DNA of 50,292 nucleotides from a virus (Duplodnaviria; Caudoviricetes): IMG/VR virus record IMGVR_UViG_3300005253_000344, positions 1 to 50,292 of that record; one strand, 5' to 3'. Shown piece by piece: positions 46,186 to 50,292 of this stretch (position 1 is its first letter; each line of letters starts with the position of its first letter). The notes under the pieces were generated by a model. It saw only the letters and a program-made list of their open reading frames with translations, ran no database searches and was not told where the DNA came from. The position numbers and the translations under genes were made by a program.

Positions 46186-47402
46186 AAAAACTAATCCTAT
46201 CAGCAAGTTCAATCGGTGCGTTTAAGAGTTGCCCGATCCGATTCAGGAACACATATGTGTATGGCATCCGAAAAGTAGAGGACAGTGAATCTCAGAGAGT
46301 GGGGACCAACTGGCATCTGCTTCTCGAAGTAGCCGCCCTGGTGCCGGGAGATGATTGCCCCAGTGCACCATGTCACGAGGACCCAGAACCTTGCGTAATA
46401 TGTGAGGGCACTAACGTAGTCCCCGATGACATCATGGAAGCCGTAACTCGTGTATTGAACAAGGCTTATGAAAATGTAAACTTCGCTGATCCCGAAGCTA
46501 AAGAGATCGAGCGAGTGACATTGCTTCACGCACTTGCCGGTTATCGTTGGCATTACGATGAACAACTGGAACCAGTCGTTGCAACTGAACAATATTTCAG
46601 TCTACCGTTGCTCAATCCCCAGACTGGGCACCCGGTGCCAGATGTGTTTATCAAAGGTCGAATAGATAAATTGATTGAGGTTGCTAACGGTATAGCTGTC
46701 AAGGAACATAAGTCAACCAGTAAGTCTATTGATCCTGATTCAACCTACTGGGGTCACTTGAACCTCGATGTTCAGACTACTATGTATATCTATGCTGCCA
46801 GACGGATGCAGATGATAAGAGATATTGCCATGCCGCCCACCATGCATGGACCACTCATCAACACAGTCAAGTACGATGTATACCACAAGCCAACGATCAG
46901 ACCGAAGAAACTCACTCAGGGTGATAGTAAGAAGTTTATAAGTGGCGGTGCATTAAAAGGAGACAAATATTTCAGCGAATATTGTGAACAACAATTTGAA
47001 ATACATACTACAAATGTAAGGGCAGAAGGGGAAATTTTTGTAAACGGCATTCGTGCTGAAACAGAACCAGGTGCCAAAGAAGGCACTTTCGCCATCCGTG
47101 AGACACCTGATATGTTCGGTGCCCGATTACTCAAAGACATCACTGAACGCCCTGAGTTCTATTTTCGGTGTATTGAGCTTACCAGAACTGATGCTGAGTT
47201 GAAAGCATTTGAACAGGAGCTTTACGACATCTGTAAGAACATGCAGTTTATGATCAGGTCGGGTAGATTCTATACTAACGAGCATGCCTGTGAAGCTACG
47301 TTCCGATGTGATTATATAGAACAGTGTTACAACCGTATGCAGGTTGATCAGGATCATGTACCTGATGGGTTTAAGTGTATTTTTAAGAAGGGTGGTGAGT
47401 GA
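46182..47402 (+). CDS. PD-(D/E)xK exonuclease (Cas4/AddB-like, Cys cluster)
   Basis: LSASSI..FKSCP; GRIDKL; EHKS; Q...Y; C....RCDY...C. Confidence 0.88.
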   Translation: MKKLILSASSIGAFKSCPIRFRNTYVYGIRKVEDSESQRVGTNWHLLLEVAALVPGDDCPSAPCHEDPEPCVICEGTNVVPDDIMEAVTRVLNKAYENVNFADPEAKEIERVTLLHALAGYRWHYDEQLEPVVATEQYFSLPLLNPQTGHPVPDVFIKGRIDKLIEVANGIAVKEHKSTSKSIDPDSTYWGHLNLDVQTTMYIYAARRMQMIRDIAMPPTMHGPLINTVKYDVYHKPTIRPKKLTQGDSKKFISGGALKGDKYFSEYCEQQFEIHTTNVRAEGEIFVNGIRAETEPGAKEGTFAIRETPDMFGARLLKDITERPEFYFRCIELTRTDAELKAFEQELYDICKNMQFMIRSGRFYTNEHACEATFRCDYIEQCYNRMQVDQDHVPDGFKCIFKKGGE

Positions 47403-47608
47403 TGAAAAAATCTGAAGTAAAAGAAAAGCTCGACCAAGTATGTCCCGATGGTGTATGTTATTTTTATGGGATCCCTATTTCTAATTTTAATAAACACCAA
47501 CTACAAAATTTTATCTACTTGCTTATATCGTCCATGATGGCCAGGGATGAAACTAAAATATGGCATGATAACGGTTTTGAGTATTCAGTATGGAAGGATA
47601 GCAAATGA
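47399..47608 (+). CDS. Hypothetical protein
   Basis: Coupled ORF. Confidence 0.55.
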   Translation: MMKKSEVKEKLDQVCPDGVCYFYGIPISNFNKHQLQNFIYLLISSMMARDETKIWHDNGFEYSVWKDSK

Positions 47609-48345
47609 CCAAAGCTGAAACCATATTCGCATACGAACTATCACTAATACACGACACAACCATCAAACAATTCGTGATCACATGCTTCGACAAACTCTGC
47701 CCAGACTACTTCTGGACCTGCCCATGCAGCACAACAGGTAAATATCACCCGCAAGTGTCACTTGGTATCGGGGGCCTGGTCCGGCACACTAAGCTCGCTG
47801 TGTGGTGGGGGCTTGAACTGATAAAAGCACTACATGGTTCACCTGAACTAAAAGATATTGCTCTGCATACATTACAAGACGAAATTATTGCAACACTCTT
47901 ACTACACGACATGATCAAGAATGGTAAGGGCCTGAATACACAGGGCTATCCACTTGAAAAGGGTGTAACAGGGACGCATGGGGTGACGTTGGCTAAAAAG
48001 ATAAATGATGAGATCAATGCCCCCCAAATGATGACAGAAAGCTATATTAGAATAGTCACCGGGATAGCATTACATATGGGCATTTGGACTACTAAACCAT
48101 ATAATGCGACAGACTGTCCCGGATTAGAAGCCTTCGCACAGTTAATCCACCTGGCCGATTACGCGGCCAGCCGTAAAGTTGATGACATACATAATAAGTT
48201 AGAAAAGGAGAGAACCGATGACATTATCAAGAAAACCGCCGACTTCCTCAGAACCGGCAAAATCGAAGCTGGCCAAGGCCCCCCCTGCCCCGGTGTCCGC
48301 AAAACCGAAAGCTTCAGCCATGACATCCACGACTTCAAAGACTAA
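47605..48345 (+). CDS. HD-domain hydrolase (YhaM/Cbf1-like)
   Basis: STTGKYHP..GGLVRHT; LLHDMIK; LHMG.W; HLADY. Confidence 0.85.
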   Translation: MTKAETIFAYELSLIHDTTIKQFVITCFDKLCPDYFWTCPCSTTGKYHPQVSLGIGGLVRHTKLAVWWGLELIKALHGSPELKDIALHTLQDEIIATLLLHDMIKNGKGLNTQGYPLEKGVTGTHGVTLAKKINDEINAPQMMTESYIRIVTGIALHMGIWTTKPYNATDCPGLEAFAQLIHLADYAASRKVDDIHNKLEKERTDDIIKKTADFLRTGKIEAGQGPPCPGVRKTESFSHDIHDFKD

Positions 48346-49201
48346 AGTAAATAAGACGTTCCAGGTAGCTGTCTGGGATGGTACTGAAGAAGGCGAAAAG
48401 ATCATCGTTTATGCTGATTCGGGTATGGGCAAAACCACACTCGCTTCAATGTTGCCTACACCTGTATTTGCTGGCCTTGACGATGGTGGCCGTAAAATCA
48501 GAAATCCTATCACCGGCGAACTATTAAAAAATATTCCTGGTATAGAAACATTTGTTGATTTCAGAGCAGCCACTCAACAAGCTGATCTTTTCAATGATTA
48601 TGAATCATATGTTGTTGATACTGGCACCATACTTGAACCATTAGCACTTGATTGGATGCTGGAAAATGTGTTGGGCGGCGAGAACAGCACTAACCGCATG
48701 AAAAACATTGAACATTATGGATGGGGTAAGGGCCACCGTCACTTATATGATACCATGCGTTTACCTCTTGCTGATTTTGATGCCTTAATCAGACGCGGTA
48801 AAAATGTATGTATTCTTTGCCAAATGCAGCAAGTGTCAATAGCCAATACCAGTGGTGAAGATTATCTTTGCGATGCCCCCAAACTGGCACCCAAACACGG
48901 CAAACAAACTCCATCGATCTGGGGTATGTGGGTTGAATGGGCTGATCATGTTTTTAGAATTAGTAATGAAGGCGTAGTAGCTACTAAGGATGATGCTAAA
49001 GCTAAAATTGCTAAGGTCACTTCAACAGGCAATAGAATTATTAATGTCCACGCACCAGAAATTCATTATAAAGCCAAGTGCCGAGAACGAATACCACCCA
49101 GATTTCCTGTAGTGTCGTTCGAGAGTCCTTCGGATGATTCCATATGGAAGTTCCTGTTCGGTGGGGCGTGGCGTGATATTCCAGAGGAAGGGGGTGATTA
49201 A
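48218..49201 (+). CDS. AAA_24 / Sak4-like ATPase (phage recombination)
   Basis: YADSGMGKTTLA; VVDT; YGWGKG; EWADHV. Confidence 0.85.
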   Translation: MTLSRKPPTSSEPAKSKLAKAPPAPVSAKPKASAMTSTTSKTKVNKTFQVAVWDGTEEGEKIIVYADSGMGKTTLASMLPTPVFAGLDDGGRKIRNPITGELLKNIPGIETFVDFRAATQQADLFNDYESYVVDTGTILEPLALDWMLENVLGGENSTNRMKNIEHYGWGKGHRHLYDTMRLPLADFDALIRRGKNVCILCQMQQVSIANTSGEDYLCDAPKLAPKHGKQTPSIWGMWVEWADHVFRISNEGVVATKDDAKAKIAKVTSTGNRIINVHAPEIHYKAKCRERIPPRFPVVSFESPSDDSIWKFLFGGAWRDIPEEGGD

Positions 49202-49202
49202 T

Positions 49203-49445
49203 ATGCCAATATGGTCCGATTACAATTTTACAGTTATAGATACAGGATTACGTTTTAGGGGACATCCTATTTTATTAGGATCAGATACTTTACATCGTTC
49301 TGCCGATAAATGTGTACTTACTCATTTAGATCGGTTTCTTAGAAAGAATCTATCAAAACAACTTATCGAAATGTTAATAAATTACTCAACTGGTGTTTTG
49401 GTAGAGGGAGCTATTCCGCCTAAATCAGAGGAAGGGGGTGAGTGA
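49203..49445 (+). CDS. Hypothetical protein flanked by 16-bp direct repeats
   Basis: GGGGTGA RBS; start MPIWSD. Confidence 0.6.
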   Translation: MPIWSDYNFTVIDTGLRFRGHPILLGSDTLHRSADKCVLTHLDRFLRKNLSKQLIEMLINYSTGVLVEGAIPPKSEEGGE

Positions 49446-49651
49446 TGGAACAGTTTAAGAAATGGAAAGACAACAAGTGTGTTAAAGTTTGTAATCTATG
49501 TCATATTGGTGTTTGTGGTAGTTGTAGTAGAATTGGAACAAAAGAAGATACCTGGCGAGCAGCTTTAGAGTTAGTGCTGGAATGGCTTAATCATTCATCA
49601 GAGCATAAGGAAATAAAAGATAAGATACACGATGAATTGGAGAGTGACTAA
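49442..49651 (+). CDS. Small Cys-containing protein
   Basis: Coupled ORF; TWRAALE motif. Confidence 0.6.
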   Translation: MMEQFKKWKDNKCVKVCNLCHIGVCGSCSRIGTKEDTWRAALELVLEWLNHSSEHKEIKDKIHDELESD

Positions 49652-50007
49652 TGGGTATAAAATTCAGAGGACCAGAACCCGGCAGAAACGACTTGTGCCC
49701 CTGTAACTCCGGGCTTAAATTTAAGTGGTGCCATGGGGACAGTGGCAAAGCAGCAGCATGTGATCGCGTTGCGTTTGAACATATGTCGATACTGGTAGCA
49801 AGAGAACAACACAAACGTGGGATTCTATCAGATGCACAGTTCAAAATGTTCATGGCGAAGTACAAACCTGATGCCATACCAGAGCCAGTCACAAGCAAAG
49901 ATGTGAGTCAGATATTAGATAGTGCCGAATTGAAACGGTGTGATTGTGGTGCACCGATACCGGATAATGTTAAAATGTGTGTTAAGTGTAAGAGGGTGAA
50001 GAGATGA
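49651..50007 (+). CDS. SEC-C motif protein with C-terminal zinc finger
   Basis: PGRNDLCPCNSGLKFKWCHG; CDCG..CVKC. Confidence 0.85.
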   Translation: MGIKFRGPEPGRNDLCPCNSGLKFKWCHGDSGKAAACDRVAFEHMSILVAREQHKRGILSDAQFKMFMAKYKPDAIPEPVTSKDVSQILDSAELKRCDCGAPIPDNVKMCVKCKRVKR

Positions 50008-50183
50008 GATGGGGCAAAGGAGCAGTCACACCTAAATCCTTAGAAAAGCACGAATTTTGGTTTGTCTGGTATCCGGTGTGTATATACGAAGGTCGTTGGA
50101 TGTGGTGGGAGTGGACACTCAGGCATACCGATAAATGGGGAGATGTGACATACGAATGTCTATTTGAAGGTAAAAAACCATAA
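50004..50183 (+). CDS. 59-aa Trp-rich protein (not in ORF track)
   Basis: MRWG..WFVWYPV....RWMWWE; ATGA coupling. Confidence 0.6.
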   Translation: MRWGKGAVTPKSLEKHEFWFVWYPVCIYEGRWMWWEWTLRHTDKWGDVTYECLFEGKKP

Positions 50184-50205
50184 CATTAATCAGAAAGGGT
50201 AAAAC

Positions 50206-50292
50206 ATGGGACTTGACAGAATCGGAACATTCAGATGTAAACTTCTTGAACATGGCATCGATGGCATGAAGAAAAAAGGCACTGACATAGAA
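50206..50292 (+). repeat. Terminal overlap: diverged copy of the first 87 nt of the gene at 47
   Basis: 83 of 87 nt identical to 47-133. Confidence 0.95.

Larger units (their letters stand above)
1..50292. mobile_element. Near-complete tailed dsDNA bacteriophage genome (podovirus-like), circularly permuted
   Basis: Terminase, portal, capsid, PolA and primase-helicase are all present; the ends overlap (47-133 vs 50206-50292); no block of cellular housekeeping genes. Confidence 0.95.

Noticed and set aside
46182-47402. CRISPR-associated Cas4
   Set aside because: Stand-alone PD-(D/E)xK nuclease beside a Sak4-like ATPase, the usual phage recombination module; no cas1, cas2 or array
1-50292. Genome-wide stop-codon reassignment
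   Set aside because: Long core genes are intact in the standard code; TAG ends terL and the 20306 gene just before the next ATG; TGA is used in many ATGA overlaps
1-50292. Integrated prophage or lysogeny module
   Set aside because: No integrase, att-like host junction or CI/Cro pair recognised; the ends rejoin each other

Overview
This window is an essentially complete, circularly permuted ~50.2 kb dsDNA tailed bacteriophage genome; the first gene restarts at the right end as a slightly diverged copy. Architecture looks podovirus-like (short tail, internal virion proteins, no tape measure or sheath gene recognised). There are three blocks. (i) A leftward late/structural operon, ~31.1 kb to 5.6 kb: GroES, trypsin-like protease, TerS/TerL, portal, scaffold, major capsid, decoration, adaptor, split nozzle, C1q-tipped fibre, ejection proteins, holin-like peptide and two HNH genes. 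(ii) A rightward early region, 31.4-38.7 kb, of tiny genes behind sigma70 promoters, containing an iteron-rich candidate origin. (iii) A rightward middle/replication block, 38.9 kb through the join to 5.7 kb: nucleotide-metabolism cluster, PolA, VRR-NUC, PD-(D/E)xK nuclease, Sak4-like ATPase, SSB-like protein and TOPRIM/SF3 primase-helicase. No integrase, endolysin or tRNA was recognised. The most unusual observations lie outside the ORF track. These are a family of four 23-27 aa hydrophobic early peptides, a perfect 32-bp inverted promoter-like element heading both the late and middle operons next to two paralogous sigma4-like HTH genes, repeated stop-to-start RNA stems, and a nozzle gene split around a module that carries a duplicated docking segment. 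All family assignments come from motif recognition by eye; no searches were run.
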